A stretch of DNA of 64,000 nucleotides from Bacteroidales bacterium (GCA_015061165.1 SUXC01000014.1:3584-67583); one strand, 5' to 3'; numbered from the stretch's first letter, positions 42,692-53,094 are shown. Numbers and translations: made by a program. The notes: generated from the letters alone by a model not told the origin.

Positions 42692-44419
42692 ATGGAAAAT
42701 TATATCGTATCCGCCAGGAAATATCGCCCTACCACCTTTGAGAGTGTGGTGGGTCAGCAAGCACTGACACAAACCCTGCGTAATGCCATACGTACCAATC
42801 ACTTGGCACACGCATACCTGTTCTGCGGTCCACGTGGAGTAGGCAAGACCACTTGTGCACGTATCTTTGCAAAGACCATCAACTGTTTGAACCCCACCGC
42901 CGAGCATGATGCCTGCAACCAATGCGAATCGTGCGTGGCATTCAACGAACAGCGTTCGTTTAATATCCATGAGCTGGATGCCGCATCCAATAACTCGGTA
43001 GAGGATATCCGTTCGCTGATAGACCAAGTGCGTATCCCGCCACAAATAGGCAAATACAGCGTGTACATCATAGATGAGGTACATATGCTGTCGCAAGGGG
43101 CGTTCAATGCCCTATTGAAGACATTGGAGGAGCCACCTTCGTATGCTATCTTCATCTTAGCTACCACCGAAAAGCATAAAGTATTGCCTACTATATTGAG
43201 CCGTTGTCAGGTATATGACTTCAGCCGAATCACAGTAGCCGACACGATTCACCACTTGCAATATGTGGCTCAGCAAGAGGGCGTTACAGCCAGCGAAGAA
43301 GCTCTGAACGTAGTCGCACAAAAAGCCGACGGCGGTATGCGTGATGCGCTGAGTATCTTTGACCAACTGGTATCGTTCTGCGGAACAAACATCAGTTATG
43401 AGCAAGCCATAGAGGTACTGAATGTGCTGGATACGGACTATTATTTCCGTCTAGTGAATGCAGCCCTCATGGGTAATGTGAGCGAAGCGCTATTACTGCT
43501 GAATGAGGTACTGGTCAAAGGATTTGATGCAGGACACTTCGTGACAGGCTTCGCGCAACACCTGCGTGATGTATTGGTGAGCAAGGATATAGCCACCGTG
43601 AAACTGCTGGAGACATCGGATGCTATCCGCCAACACTATCAAGAACAAGCCCAACGCTGTGCAGCCAAATGGCTATACAACGCATTGGACATTATGAATA
43701 CCTGCGACATCAATTATCGCACCGCCAAGAACAAACGATTAACGGTGGAATTGGCATTGGTCAAACTATGTCGGCTGACAGAGGTGCCTGTGCAAGAGGT
43801 TCAAAAAGTGCAAAGCAATAACGTACAAACGGCTACGCCTGCTGCGCAACCAGCATCACGTCCCGCAACGGCTCCACAACCGACTGCCGTAGTGCCACCT
43901 ACCGTGGCTCCCAAGCCTGCTACGCCAACAGCTCCTCCGCCACCCAAACCCACTTTAGGAGCGATGCCATCGTTGGGCAACTTAGGTAAACTGAGTGCAA
44001 CGCCTCAGGCAACCACACAACCTACTGCCACAGTACCAACGGAACAACAAAAGCGTAACACCCCTTTTACACTTGACCAACTCAAAAGCGCGTGGGTTGG
44101 TCAGATAAAACACTTCGAGAACGAAGAGCGCTTCAAAGCTATGCTGACCACCTACGAACTGGCACAAGACTCGGACACAATGTTCCATATCACGGTGGAT
44201 AACCAATTGCAGAAGAAAGAGTTTGCCAAATTTGGTAAAGCACTCATGGATCGAATACGCGATGTACTGCAAAACGACTATGTGCAACTGCGAGTGGAAG
44301 TGGCTGAGTATGTGGCTACACAAATAGCATACACCTCCACAGAGAAATACAAAATATTAAACCAACTAAACCCCCATTTGGAGGAACTGCGCCAACGCAT
44401 GAATCTACAAATGGAGTAA
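42692..44419 (+). CDS. dnaX: DNA polymerase III subunit gamma/tau
   Basis: Start MENYIVSARKYRPTTFESVVGQ. Walker A GPRGVGKTT. Zinc module CNQCESC. Pro/Ala/Thr-rich linker. Confidence 0.92.
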   Translation: MENYIVSARKYRPTTFESVVGQQALTQTLRNAIRTNHLAHAYLFCGPRGVGKTTCARIFAKTINCLNPTAEHDACNQCESCVAFNEQRSFNIHELDAASNNSVEDIRSLIDQVRIPPQIGKYSVYIIDEVHMLSQGAFNALLKTLEEPPSYAIFILATTEKHKVLPTILSRCQVYDFSRITVADTIHHLQYVAQQEGVTASEEALNVVAQKADGGMRDALSIFDQLVSFCGTNISYEQAIEVLNVLDTDYYFRLVNAALMGNVSEALLLLNEVLVKGFDAGHFVTGFAQHLRDVLVSKDIATVKLLETSDAIRQHYQEQAQRCAAKWLYNALDIMNTCDINYRTAKNKRLTVELALVKLCRLTEVPVQEVQKVQSNNVQTATPAAQPASRPATAPQPTAVVPPTVAPKPATPTAPPPPKPTLGAMPSLGNLGKLSATPQATTQPTATVPTEQQKRNTPFTLDQLKSAWVGQIKHFENEERFKAMLTTYELAQDSDTMFHITVDNQLQKKEFAKFGKALMDRIRDVLQNDYVQLRVEVAEYVATQIAYTSTEKYKILNQLNPHLEELRQRMNLQME

Positions 44420-44421
44420 GG

Positions 44422-44491
44422 GGGAGTTGGGAATTAGGAATTAGGAATTATGAATTTTGAATTATGAATTTTGAATTTTGAATTATGAATA
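44422..44491. repeat. 10 x 7 nt NNGAATT array between dnaX and the metallophosphoesterase gene
   Basis: gggagtt gggaatt aggaatt aggaatt atgaatt ttgaatt atgaatt ttgaatt ttgaatt atgaata. The last unit carries the start codon at 44485. Confidence 0.9.
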
Positions 44492-46290
44492 TTCTTTCGA
44501 TTTTATTATTTTCGTTTGCATTGCTGACCGATACGCATATCAGCAGTAGTAACCCACGTCCGATGGAAGACTTGCAACGCTCGATTGCAGAGATTAATCA
44601 AAATCCCGCTATTGAGTTTGTCGTAGTCACTGGCGACCTTACTGAGAACGGAGACCGTGCTTCTATCCAAGCCATCAAAAATGCGTTAGACCAACTGAAT
44701 GTACCCTATTACGCTGCTTCGGGCAACCACGAGACGACATGGTCCGAGTCGGGTGTGATGGACTTTAGTCGCGTGTTTGGCGATAGCCGATTTGCCTTCA
44801 CGCACAATGGTATGTATTTTATTGGTTTCAATTCGGGTCCAGTAATTCGCATGGCAGACGGACACGTAGCACCACAAGACATAGCATGGCTCAAGCATAA
44901 TCTGGATAGTGTGTCTGCCTCAGGGGACGCTCCTATCTTTGTCTTCACGCACTATCCATTGCGCAACGGCGATGTGGACAACTGGTACGATGTAACCGAT
45001 GTGCTGCGAGAGCACAATGTGCAATGTATCATGGGCGGACACTATCACCGCAACCTGCTTTTTGACTGCGATGGTATAGCCGATGTACTCAATCGCTCGA
45101 ACCTGCGCGACAAAGATGGTGTGAACGGCTATTCCATCATCAGCATCACAGATAGCATCCGTTTCAACGAAAAACGTATTGGCGAAGAAGCGAAACATTG
45201 GCTCAGTTTGCCTTTCGAGCAAAAAACATACGGAGCATCCGATCAAGCGTTGCGCCCTAATTTCGATGTGAACAAAGAGTACGCTAACGTGAAACGCGTT
45301 TGGCACAAAGCCCTAAAAGGCGGTATCTACTCTACCCCTGTAACCGATGGGAAGAGCCTATTTATCGGCGATGACGTAGGTGTGATGTATTCGCTTAATC
45401 TGAGGTCTGGCAAAACAAATTGGAGTTTTGACACAGGCATGCGCATTGTGGGTTCGCCCGCTGTGAGCGAAGGCGTAGTAGTCTTCGGTAGTGCCAATTA
45501 TAATATCTACGGTTTAGATGCAGAGACGGGCAAAGAGTTGTGGCATATCACCACGAACCAAGCCGTAATGGGAGCAGCAACTATCCACGAGGGCATTGCA
45601 TATATTGGTGGTGGCGACGGCAGAATGTTCGCCATTGACATCAAAACGGGCAAAGTGAAATGGACATTTGACGAACTGAAGAACTATGTGCTTACTCGCC
45701 CATTGGTATATAACGACAAACTCTATTTCGGATGTTGGGACACCTATATGTACGCCCTCAACCTTGCAGATGGTTCGTTGGCATGGAAGTGGAACAACGG
45801 CAATGGCAATCCTAAACTTTCACCAGCCAGCGTATGGCCAGTGGCTGCTAATGGCAAACTCTTCATTACCGCACCTGACCGCTATTTCACTTGCCTCGAC
45901 GCTGAGACTGGCGAACAGGTTTGGCGCACCAAAGAGTATAAAGTACGCGAGACGGTAGGTCTGAGTGAAGACGGGCAAACCGTTTATTCTAAATGTATGT
46001 GGGACACCATAGTCGCTATGGATGCTACCACACATGAGCCTATCACACGCTGGGCTACGCATGCCGACTTTGGTTATGAACACAACCCCGCCATGCCTCT
46101 AGAGAAAGATGGTACCCTATGGGTGAGCACCAAGAATGGACTACTATTGGGTATGGATGCTCAGACAGGCAAAGTGCTTTGGCGCCATAAGATAGGCAAC
46201 TCTATCCTCAATACACCACTGCCATTGGGTGCAAAAGAATGTGTCTTCACCAGTAGCGAAGGCACTATCACCTATATCCGAGTGAAATAA
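44485..46290 (+). CDS. Metallophosphoesterase fused to a PQQ/BamB-like beta-propeller
   Basis: 601 aa. DTH...GDLTENGD...GNHE motifs, followed by repeated propeller blades. The ATG is the last unit of a heptamer array. Confidence 0.8.
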   Translation: MNILSILLFSFALLTDTHISSSNPRPMEDLQRSIAEINQNPAIEFVVVTGDLTENGDRASIQAIKNALDQLNVPYYAASGNHETTWSESGVMDFSRVFGDSRFAFTHNGMYFIGFNSGPVIRMADGHVAPQDIAWLKHNLDSVSASGDAPIFVFTHYPLRNGDVDNWYDVTDVLREHNVQCIMGGHYHRNLLFDCDGIADVLNRSNLRDKDGVNGYSIISITDSIRFNEKRIGEEAKHWLSLPFEQKTYGASDQALRPNFDVNKEYANVKRVWHKALKGGIYSTPVTDGKSLFIGDDVGVMYSLNLRSGKTNWSFDTGMRIVGSPAVSEGVVVFGSANYNIYGLDAETGKELWHITTNQAVMGAATIHEGIAYIGGGDGRMFAIDIKTGKVKWTFDELKNYVLTRPLVYNDKLYFGCWDTYMYALNLADGSLAWKWNNGNGNPKLSPASVWPVAANGKLFITAPDRYFTCLDAETGEQVWRTKEYKVRETVGLSEDGQTVYSKCMWDTIVAMDATTHEPITRWATHADFGYEHNPAMPLEKDGTLWVSTKNGLLLGMDAQTGKVLWRHKIGNSILNTPLPLGAKECVFTSSEGTITYIRVK

Positions 46291-46294
46291 CCCC

Positions 46295-46329
46295 ATTATT
46301 TGAGTCACGAATCGCGAAGCCCGAATCCA
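46295..46329. repeat. GARTCNC-type heptamer module filling the gap before ygiQ
   Basis: (attattt) gagtcac gaatcgc gaagccc gaatcca. The gap runs from 46291 to 46328. Confidence 0.7.
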
Positions 46330-48071
46330 TGTACGATCTGAAAGCATACTTACCCACCACCAAAAAGGAGTTGCAACTCCGCGGTTGGGACGAAGTGGAT
46401 GTAATCCTCTTCTCGGGCGATGCGTATATTGACCATCCTGCTTTTGGGGCAGCTGTCATAGGGCGAGTGTTAGAACATGCGGGGTATAAAGTGGCTATTG
46501 TACCTCAACCCGACTGGCGAGGCGACCATCGCGACTTTACCAAACTGGGACGACCACGCTTATTCTTTGCCGTTACCTCAGGTAGTATGGACTCCATGGT
46601 CAATCACTATACAGCTGCTAAACGGCTGCGCTCGGATGATGCCTACACCCCCGAAGGCAAGGCGGGTATGCGACCCGACTACTGTACAATCACCTACTGC
46701 AATATCCTCAAGCAACTCTACCCCGATGTACCTATCGTTATCGGCGGTATAGAGGCCTCTATGCGCCGTTTGACGCACTACGACTATTGGTCAGATCGAC
46801 TAATGCCCAGCATTTTGGTGGATTCGAAGGCTGACTTATTGGTCTATGGAATGGGAGAGAAACAGATTGTAGAAATTGCGAAACAAGGCATTCAACATGA
46901 TATTCCGCAAACGGCATATTTGACCCAAGTACCAGAAACCAATAAGCAGGATATAATCACATTGCAGTCTCACGAGTCTGCTGTAAAAAGCAAACAAGTG
47001 CATGCGGAGAACTTCCGTCTTATTGAGACAGAGAGCAACAAAATCAACGCTGCGACCATCATGCAGCCTGTGGGCGACCAATATGTGGTGGTCAATCCTC
47101 CCTACCCCACAATGACCACGGAGGAACTGGATGCCATATACGATTTGCCCTTCCAATATCATCCGCATCCTAAGTATAAGGACAAACACATACCTGCCTA
47201 CGAGATGATTCGTTTCTCGGTGTGCATGCACCGTGGGTGCTTCGGCGGATGCAGTTTCTGTACTATCTCAGCCCACCAGGGCAAGCAAATCACTTCGCGC
47301 TCAGAGAACAGTATCCTTCGTCAAATCAACCTGCTCAAAGATTTGCCTGAGTGGAAGGGTTATCTGAGCGACTTGGGAGGTCCAAGTGCCAACATGTACG
47401 GCATGCACGGCAAGGATATGTCGCTGTGTGAGAAGTGCGCACGCCCCAGTTGCTTGCACCCTACGATATGCAAAAACCTCAATCAAGACTTTGCACCTCT
47501 CCTACATATATATAATAAGGTAGATACTCTGCCCTATATCAAGAAGTCTTTTGTCGGTAGCGGTATTCGCTACGACCTGATGAACGAGACATATGGGCGC
47601 GAACTAATCACCAAGCACGTGTCAGGACGACTCAAAGTGGCACCCGAACACACATCGGATAGCGTACTGAAGATTATGCGCAAGCCATCGTGGGAGCAGT
47701 ACGAGCGTTTTCACCGTTTCTTTGAGCAAGTGAATGCCGAAGCAGGATTACGTCAGCAGTTGATACCCTACTTCATCTCCTCGCACCCTGGCTGCACCAA
47801 TCAGGATATGCAGCAGTTAGCCAAGCGTTGCCGAGAATTGCACTACCGTCCAGAGCAAGTGCAGGATTTCACTCCAACCCCCATGACACTGGCAACAACG
47901 ATGTTCTACACGGGCATAAACCCATACACGATGCAGCCTGTGTATGTAGCACGCACCAAAGAGGAAAAGCAAAAACAAAATAGCTATTTCTTCTGGTGGA
48001 AACCCCAAGAGTCAAAAGCAAAACACAAAAACCAAACACGGGCATCTCGTGTTAAAAAGCATACAACATAA
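46329..48071 (+). CDS. ygiQ: YgiQ family radical SAM protein
   Basis: 580 aa. Cluster motif CFGGCSFC. Basic C-terminal tail. Confidence 0.88.
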   Translation: MYDLKAYLPTTKKELQLRGWDEVDVILFSGDAYIDHPAFGAAVIGRVLEHAGYKVAIVPQPDWRGDHRDFTKLGRPRLFFAVTSGSMDSMVNHYTAAKRLRSDDAYTPEGKAGMRPDYCTITYCNILKQLYPDVPIVIGGIEASMRRLTHYDYWSDRLMPSILVDSKADLLVYGMGEKQIVEIAKQGIQHDIPQTAYLTQVPETNKQDIITLQSHESAVKSKQVHAENFRLIETESNKINAATIMQPVGDQYVVVNPPYPTMTTEELDAIYDLPFQYHPHPKYKDKHIPAYEMIRFSVCMHRGCFGGCSFCTISAHQGKQITSRSENSILRQINLLKDLPEWKGYLSDLGGPSANMYGMHGKDMSLCEKCARPSCLHPTICKNLNQDFAPLLHIYNKVDTLPYIKKSFVGSGIRYDLMNETYGRELITKHVSGRLKVAPEHTSDSVLKIMRKPSWEQYERFHRFFEQVNAEAGLRQQLIPYFISSHPGCTNQDMQQLAKRCRELHYRPEQVQDFTPTPMTLATTMFYTGINPYTMQPVYVARTKEEKQKQNSYFFWWKPQESKAKHKNQTRASRVKKHTT

Positions 48072-49036
48072 TGAATAAGAAATTTCATATCAATCCCAAG
48101 ACTCTAATCTTAGAAGAAGTGGAGCATGGTATCGGTTATTGGCTACGTCAAGGTAGTTTGTATATATTGAGCGGAATAGTATTGGGAATTATCTTTCTAT
48201 TTCTGTTTCTTACTTTCTTCCCCTCGCCACGCGAGAAGCAGTTATTGCGCGAAAAAGAAGCATTGCAAGCACAACTAACTACCCTCAATCAGCAGGTGGA
48301 TCAGATGCAGCTGGTGATGGTGGACCTACAGCAACGAGATGACAACCTATACCGAGTACTCTTTGGCGCAGAGCCTATTCCTCTAAATATTCGTCAAGGC
48401 ACACAGCGCAAAATATCCTATTACGAGGAGATTGCTCGCATGACCAACAATCAGTTGTCGGCAGACTTGTCGCTCAAAGTAGATATCTTGGAAAAGGAAA
48501 TTTACGTCCAGACCAAGTCATACGACGACATTATAGAGATGGCTAAGCAGCAGGAGATTCGTATGGAGAATATACCTGCCATCCAGCCTGTGCTCAACAA
48601 AGACCTCACGCGTGTAGCATCGGGTTACGGTATGCGTATTGACCCTGTGTATCATGTGCGTAAGTTCCACCAAGGTATGGACTTTACTGCGCCTACTGGC
48701 ACCGAGGTGTTTGCCACAGGTAATGCCAAAGTGAAGTTCTCGGGTTGGAAACAAGGATATGGCAATACGATTATCTTGGACCACGGCTTTGGTTACGAAA
48801 CCGTGTATGCTCATCTGTATAAATCGTTAGTCAGAAAGGGACAAAAGGTGCGCCGTTCGGATATTATCGGTCTGGTAGGTAATACAGGTAAATCGACAGG
48901 TCCGCACTTGCATTATGAGGTACGCCTCAATGACCGTCCCGTTGATCCACGCAACTACTATTTCTACGACTTATCGCCAGAGGAATACGACCAGATGATT
49001 CAGCTATCCAACAACTTTGGTCTGATGTTGGATTAA
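48071..49036 (+). CDS. M23 family metallopeptidase
   Basis: 321 aa with an N-terminal TM segment and a coiled coil. HQGMDF and GPHLHYEV motifs. Confidence 0.88.
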   Translation: MNKKFHINPKTLILEEVEHGIGYWLRQGSLYILSGIVLGIIFLFLFLTFFPSPREKQLLREKEALQAQLTTLNQQVDQMQLVMVDLQQRDDNLYRVLFGAEPIPLNIRQGTQRKISYYEEIARMTNNQLSADLSLKVDILEKEIYVQTKSYDDIIEMAKQQEIRMENIPAIQPVLNKDLTRVASGYGMRIDPVYHVRKFHQGMDFTAPTGTEVFATGNAKVKFSGWKQGYGNTIILDHGFGYETVYAHLYKSLVRKGQKVRRSDIIGLVGNTGKSTGPHLHYEVRLNDRPVDPRNYYFYDLSPEEYDQMIQLSNNFGLMLD

Positions 49037-49986
49037 TTCAATATCTCATTGATGACGTGTTTTGCTCTTTCGCCCACCACTACCAAGCGATAGACTATGG
49101 TGTCACGCAAATAGTTCACCAAGTCAAACGGTGTGCTTTGGGTGAAGGAGGAAAGACGGAAATAACGATATAATTGCTGCACATACCCATTGGTCACGAT
49201 ATCGGCATGACCCAACGAGTCCATTTGTGCAAGCAAATCGCCTTGTAATTGCTCTTTCAGCGTATTACGAATCATGCTTGACATACCTATCAAGGCATAC
49301 TTATCGCTGTCGCACATAGGCCATAGGTCTAAGAGCCCTTGCAGCTGCTCGCGCTCATCTTCATGGACATTTTGCAACTGATTATCATCCCATGGCAGCA
49401 ACCAATGTGCAGCACGCTCACGGAAGAAAGGCGTTTGGTAGGTTCCTCTGAATATCAAGAAGTTTTGGTCTAAATGCATACGAGCAATGCGTTCCATATC
49501 GCTCTGATGTTTGCGAATGACATCATAGAACTCATCTGACCCCACCTTGCTCATCAGTGGCATAATCTCCTTTGTCAGCTCTTGATTGAATTTTTCCAAT
49601 TGCTTGACCTGCGCGGTTCGTGCTATATTGCATAGTGCTGTGAAACAGAGTTCTGGGTCGTCGGTTAATATCTCCTGTAGTTTATCCAACAGGTCATATT
49701 TCTCACGCAGTATAGCACTATATCTCATCATGCTCATCAGCAATCCTACCACAGCACGTTCGCGTATCATATCGCAACTTGCCAATGTATATGCGTTCGT
49801 GAGTAGAAGTATGCGTTCCGTACTCCATTGCCCCTCCAATAGCGACAATGTTACTCCCGACACTGCCATAGCCCCATCTATGGGAGAAATGGCATCTTGC
49901 ACGTACACCAAGAAATCGGCAGTATCCTCATCCGACAAGGCTACAGTTTCTCGATAGAGATCAAATATGTCGCAGGATTTATTCAT
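49033..49986 (-). CDS. Hypothetical protein
   Basis: 317-aa ORF with compact spacing to its neighbours. I recognise no motif. Confidence 0.6.
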   Translation of the reverse strand: MNKSCDIFDLYRETVALSDEDTADFLVYVQDAISPIDGAMAVSGVTLSLLEGQWSTERILLLTNAYTLASCDMIRERAVVGLLMSMMRYSAILREKYDLLDKLQEILTDDPELCFTALCNIARTAQVKQLEKFNQELTKEIMPLMSKVGSDEFYDVIRKHQSDMERIARMHLDQNFLIFRGTYQTPFFRERAAHWLLPWDDNQLQNVHEDEREQLQGLLDLWPMCDSDKYALIGMSSMIRNTLKEQLQGDLLAQMDSLGHADIVTNGYVQQLYRYFRLSSFTQSTPFDLVNYLRDTIVYRLVVVGERAKHVINEILN

Positions 49987-49990
49987 TGTT

Positions 49991-50025
49991 GATTCCCGAA
50001 TCGCGACTCCCGATTCCCGAGTCCT
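49991..50025. repeat. 5 x 7 nt GAYTCSC module filling a 37-nt gene gap
   Basis: gattccc gaatcgc gactccc gattccc gagtcct. The gap runs from 49987 to 50023. Confidence 0.9.
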
Positions 50026-50974
50026 ATAATTCTTCTTTAATCAGATAATTATTGCGCTCGGTGGAGTTGCGGATAATCAGTTCGCCTAAGAATCCCGCCA
50101 AGAACAGCATACAACCCAATATCATCATCAATATGCTCAAGTGGAAATAAGGATTGACCCCCACCAACATTGCAGGCACACCATGCGAGAGAGCATATAG
50201 TTTCATCGCACCTACCACCACTATCGCCACAAAGCCCAAGATAAACATCACGCTGCCCACCAGTCCAAAGAAGTGCATCGGTTGTTTGCCAAACTTATTG
50301 AGGAACCACAAGGTCATCAAATCCAGATAGCCATTTACGAAACGGCTCATACCAAACTTACTCTCACCAAATTCTCGTTTGCGGTGTTGCACCACTTTCT
50401 CGCCAATCTTGGTGAATCCTGCGTTCTTTGCCAAGTAAGGGATATAGCGGTGCATCTCAGAGAACACCTCTATATTCTTTACCACTTCTTGGCGATAAGC
50501 CTTCAGACCGCAGTTCATATCGTGCAACTGGATACCTGTTACGCGGCGCGCTGTAGCGTTGAACAATTTGCTGGGCAGGTTCTTGGTCAGTTTATTATCA
50601 TAGCGTTTTTGTTTCCAACCACTGACCAAATCATAGCCCTCATCCTTAATCATGCGATATAATTCTGGTATTTCATCGGGCGAATCTTGCAGATCAGCAT
50701 CCATAGTGATGACCACATCGCCTTTTACAGCTTGAAAACCGCAGTGCAATGCAGCCGACTTGCCATAGTTACGGCGAAAACATATTCCGCGCACATTGTT
50801 ATCTTCCTTCCGAAGCGACTGAATGACTTGCCAAGATGAGTCTGTCGAGCCATCATTAACAAATATAATTTCGTATGTAAATGCATGTGCTTTCATCACA
50901 CGCACTATCCACTCATGCAACGATGGCAGACTCTCCGCTTCATTATACAATGGAACCAAAACAGATATATCCAT
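50024..50974 (-). CDS. Family 2 glycosyltransferase (polyprenyl-phosphate sugar transferase-like)
   Basis: I place the start at MDISVLVPLYNE (rc ATG 50972-50974). DADLQD motif. Two C-terminal TM helices. Confidence 0.88.
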   Translation of the reverse strand: MDISVLVPLYNEAESLPSLHEWIVRVMKAHAFTYEIIFVNDGSTDSSWQVIQSLRKEDNNVRGICFRRNYGKSAALHCGFQAVKGDVVITMDADLQDSPDEIPELYRMIKDEGYDLVSGWKQKRYDNKLTKNLPSKLFNATARRVTGIQLHDMNCGLKAYRQEVVKNIEVFSEMHRYIPYLAKNAGFTKIGEKVVQHRKREFGESKFGMSRFVNGYLDLMTLWFLNKFGKQPMHFFGLVGSVMFILGFVAIVVVGAMKLYALSHGVPAMLVGVNPYFHLSILMMILGCMLFLAGFLGELIIRNSTERNNYLIKEEL

Positions 50975-51011
50975 GATAAACAATTTTACTATAAAATTCT
51001 AATTTCGCCTG

Positions 51012-51019
51012 CAAAGTTA
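51012..51019 (-). promoter_or_regulatory. -7 box TAACTTTG for the GT2 gene
   Basis: 38 nt from the ATG. Confidence 0.6.
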
Positions 51020-51082
51020 CTAAAAATATTCGAAATAATCACAATAATCTCATTTTTTTTTGTTTGTTTCGTAAAAAAAGCG

Positions 51083-51090
51083 TATCTTTG
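51083..51090 (+). promoter_or_regulatory. -7 box TATCTTTG for the Crp/Fnr regulator
   Basis: 21 nt from the ATG. Confidence 0.6.
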
Positions 51091-51110
51091 CAGCCTAATT
51101 CAGCAAATGT

Positions 51111-51809
51111 ATGCGTAAGTATCAAGAAGAATTTGGTAAACTCTGGGAATTAAACCCGCTCTGGAATACGCTCACTCCAGAGCAGAAAGCCTTCATTGAT
51201 GCCAATTCAGAAATTAAAAAATACCGCAAGAATGAGATGATTCACCATGAGGGGGATGCTCCCACGCATATCATGATGGTTATCTATGGTACGGTCAGAT
51301 TGTCTAAAGAAGGAGTTGGTCAGCGTGTACAGATTATTCGCCTTTTGAAGCCTCATGATTTATTTGGCTATCGTAGTACGATTGTGGGTGATGCACATTC
51401 ATCGTGTGCAAGTACGTTGGAAACGACTGCTGTTTATCGTGTACGCAGAGAAGCCTTCCTCAAATTGGTGCAGCAGAACAATGAGTTTTGTTTTGGCGTA
51501 TTAACTGCCATGGCGAAAGACTTGGCTATATCGGAGTCGCGCACTGTGAACCTCACACAAAAACATATTCGCGGTAGGTTGGCAGAATCGTTGCTTACGT
51601 TGCGTCACACCTATGGCTTTGATGAAGACGGTGCCACTATCGCTATGTATATGGCGCGTGAGGACTTGGCAAATATGTCCAATATGACAACTTCTAATGC
51701 TATACGCACCCTCTCGCAGTTTGCCAGTGAGGGATTGATTGCCATTGACGGACGCAAGATTAAGGTGCTTGATGAAGAAGAACTAACGCGCATTAGCCGT
51801 CTGGGATAA
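51111..51809 (+). CDS. Crp/Fnr family transcriptional regulator
   Basis: 232 aa. cNMP-binding-like N-domain and a C-terminal HTH (NMSNMTTSNAIRTLSQF). Confidence 0.88.
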   Translation: MRKYQEEFGKLWELNPLWNTLTPEQKAFIDANSEIKKYRKNEMIHHEGDAPTHIMMVIYGTVRLSKEGVGQRVQIIRLLKPHDLFGYRSTIVGDAHSSCASTLETTAVYRVRREAFLKLVQQNNEFCFGVLTAMAKDLAISESRTVNLTQKHIRGRLAESLLTLRHTYGFDEDGATIAMYMAREDLANMSNMTTSNAIRTLSQFASEGLIAIDGRKIKVLDEEELTRISRLG

Positions 51810-53041
51810 TGCGCAAATCCCTGTTTATATTACTCTTTATATCCGTTGCACTACAGTTATTGGCTGTAGAGGTGGATTATCGTTTGAGTGGTCGTGCAGG
51901 TTGGATTATGCCCGATGGTAAGGTGGACAAGATGACCAACCAGCAGGGCAAGTGGATTGCTCCTGCGATGGGTGCAGATTTTTCGGCTACTTTCCACCCC
52001 CATTGGCTCGCTTTGCAACAATGGAATGGTGCAGGTGTAGGTGTAGGCTTCAGTTATTGGCATTTGCCTCACGATTTGTTAGGACAGGCATTTGCACCAT
52101 ATACCTATATGGATATTCCGTTGGTCAAATTACAGCATTTTGTATTGGGGCTACGCCCTGGTGTAGGAGCGGCGTTTATGACCAAGACCTATCAAAACAC
52201 GGTTGCAGAGAAAGATTTATACAATAGTTTGAATAACGCTAATCAGTCTATTGGCAGTGTAACGAATCTCTATTTCCCCGAGATGTTGTACATGGACTTT
52301 CCCATAGCCAAAGGTTGGGCGGTAGGGATTTCGGGTGGTTGGTACCATATTAGCAATGGCAGCCTGCGCCAACCCAATTCGGGTTATAATCTCTTTGCGG
52401 CTGAGTTAGCCCTACGCTACTCCCCTACCCAATCACCAATCGCCAATAGCCAATCGCCAATCACCAATAGCCAATCACCAATCGCCAAACGATGGTCTTT
52501 CATTGCATCCGCCACGGCATCTGGGCGACAAGTGTATTATAGAGATCAACAGACTTTCTTTGTCGGTTCGATGCATGCAGCTGCTTATTGGCATGCTCAC
52601 CCTATTTTCCATTTGGGTGGCGGTGTGGATGTTTTTTATGATGGTGCATATGTTCAGCGCGATACGTATTTCCAAAAAACGAATCTTGCAGCAGCTCAAG
52701 CGGGCGACTGTTGGCGTGTGGGTGTGAGTGTACAACCTACGTTTGTGGTAGGTGATTTCTCTTTAGGATTACATCTTGGTGCTTATATGTACGACCCTGT
52801 TAAGGAGTTAGAGCCATATAGCGAGGCTATAGTATCGCCTACAGGAGGTCGATTGGACAAGCCCATTTTCTATGCGTATGACATATTGAATGCAGGTAGC
52901 GCGGGTTATCCTGACGGATGGATGTACACTTCGGTTGTATTGCGCTATCGATTACCTTGGCATATTTTCTTGCAGGCCATGATGAAGAGCCACCTAACCA
53001 AAGTGGAGTTTGTCAGTCTCGGCATTGGATTCTACTATTAA
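51809..53041 (+). CDS. Outer-membrane acyloxyacyl hydrolase / PagL-like protein (tentative)
   Basis: 410 aa with a signal peptide. WYHISNGSL resembles the HxSNG catalytic block of lipid A deacylases. Interrupted in frame by a heptamer array of about 70 nt. Confidence 0.6.
   Translation: MRKSLFILLFISVALQLLAVEVDYRLSGRAGWIMPDGKVDKMTNQQGKWIAPAMGADFSATFHPHWLALQQWNGAGVGVGFSYWHLPHDLLGQAFAPYTYMDIPLVKLQHFVLGLRPGVGAAFMTKTYQNTVAEKDLYNSLNNANQSIGSVTNLYFPEMLYMDFPIAKGWAVGISGGWYHISNGSLRQPNSGYNLFAAELALRYSPTQSPIANSQSPITNSQSPIAKRWSFIASATASGRQVYYRDQQTFFVGSMHAAAYWHAHPIFHLGGGVDVFYDGAYVQRDTYFQKTNLAAAQAGDCWRVGVSVQPTFVVGDFSLGLHLGAYMYDPVKELEPYSEAIVSPTGGRLDKPIFYAYDILNAGSAGYPDGWMYTSVVLRYRLPWHIFLQAMMKSHLTKVEFVSLGIGFYY
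52425..52494. repeat. Array of about 10 x 7 nt ATCRCCA/ATAGCCA units inside the PagL-like CDS
   Basis: Eight clear units at 52432-52487 plus degenerate flanks. It encodes QSPIANSQSPITNSQSPIAK. Confidence 0.85.
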
Positions 53042-53094
53042 CCTATTCCTCAGGTTATTGTTTAGGTTCCCCAACAATTCCTTATCCGCACCAC

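Noticed and set aside
43796-43812. Programmed -1 frameshift site in dnaX (tcaaaaagtg).
   Set aside because: It is only C AAA AAG, not the A AAA AAG heptamer, and I saw no downstream stem-loop. I cannot support it from the sequence.
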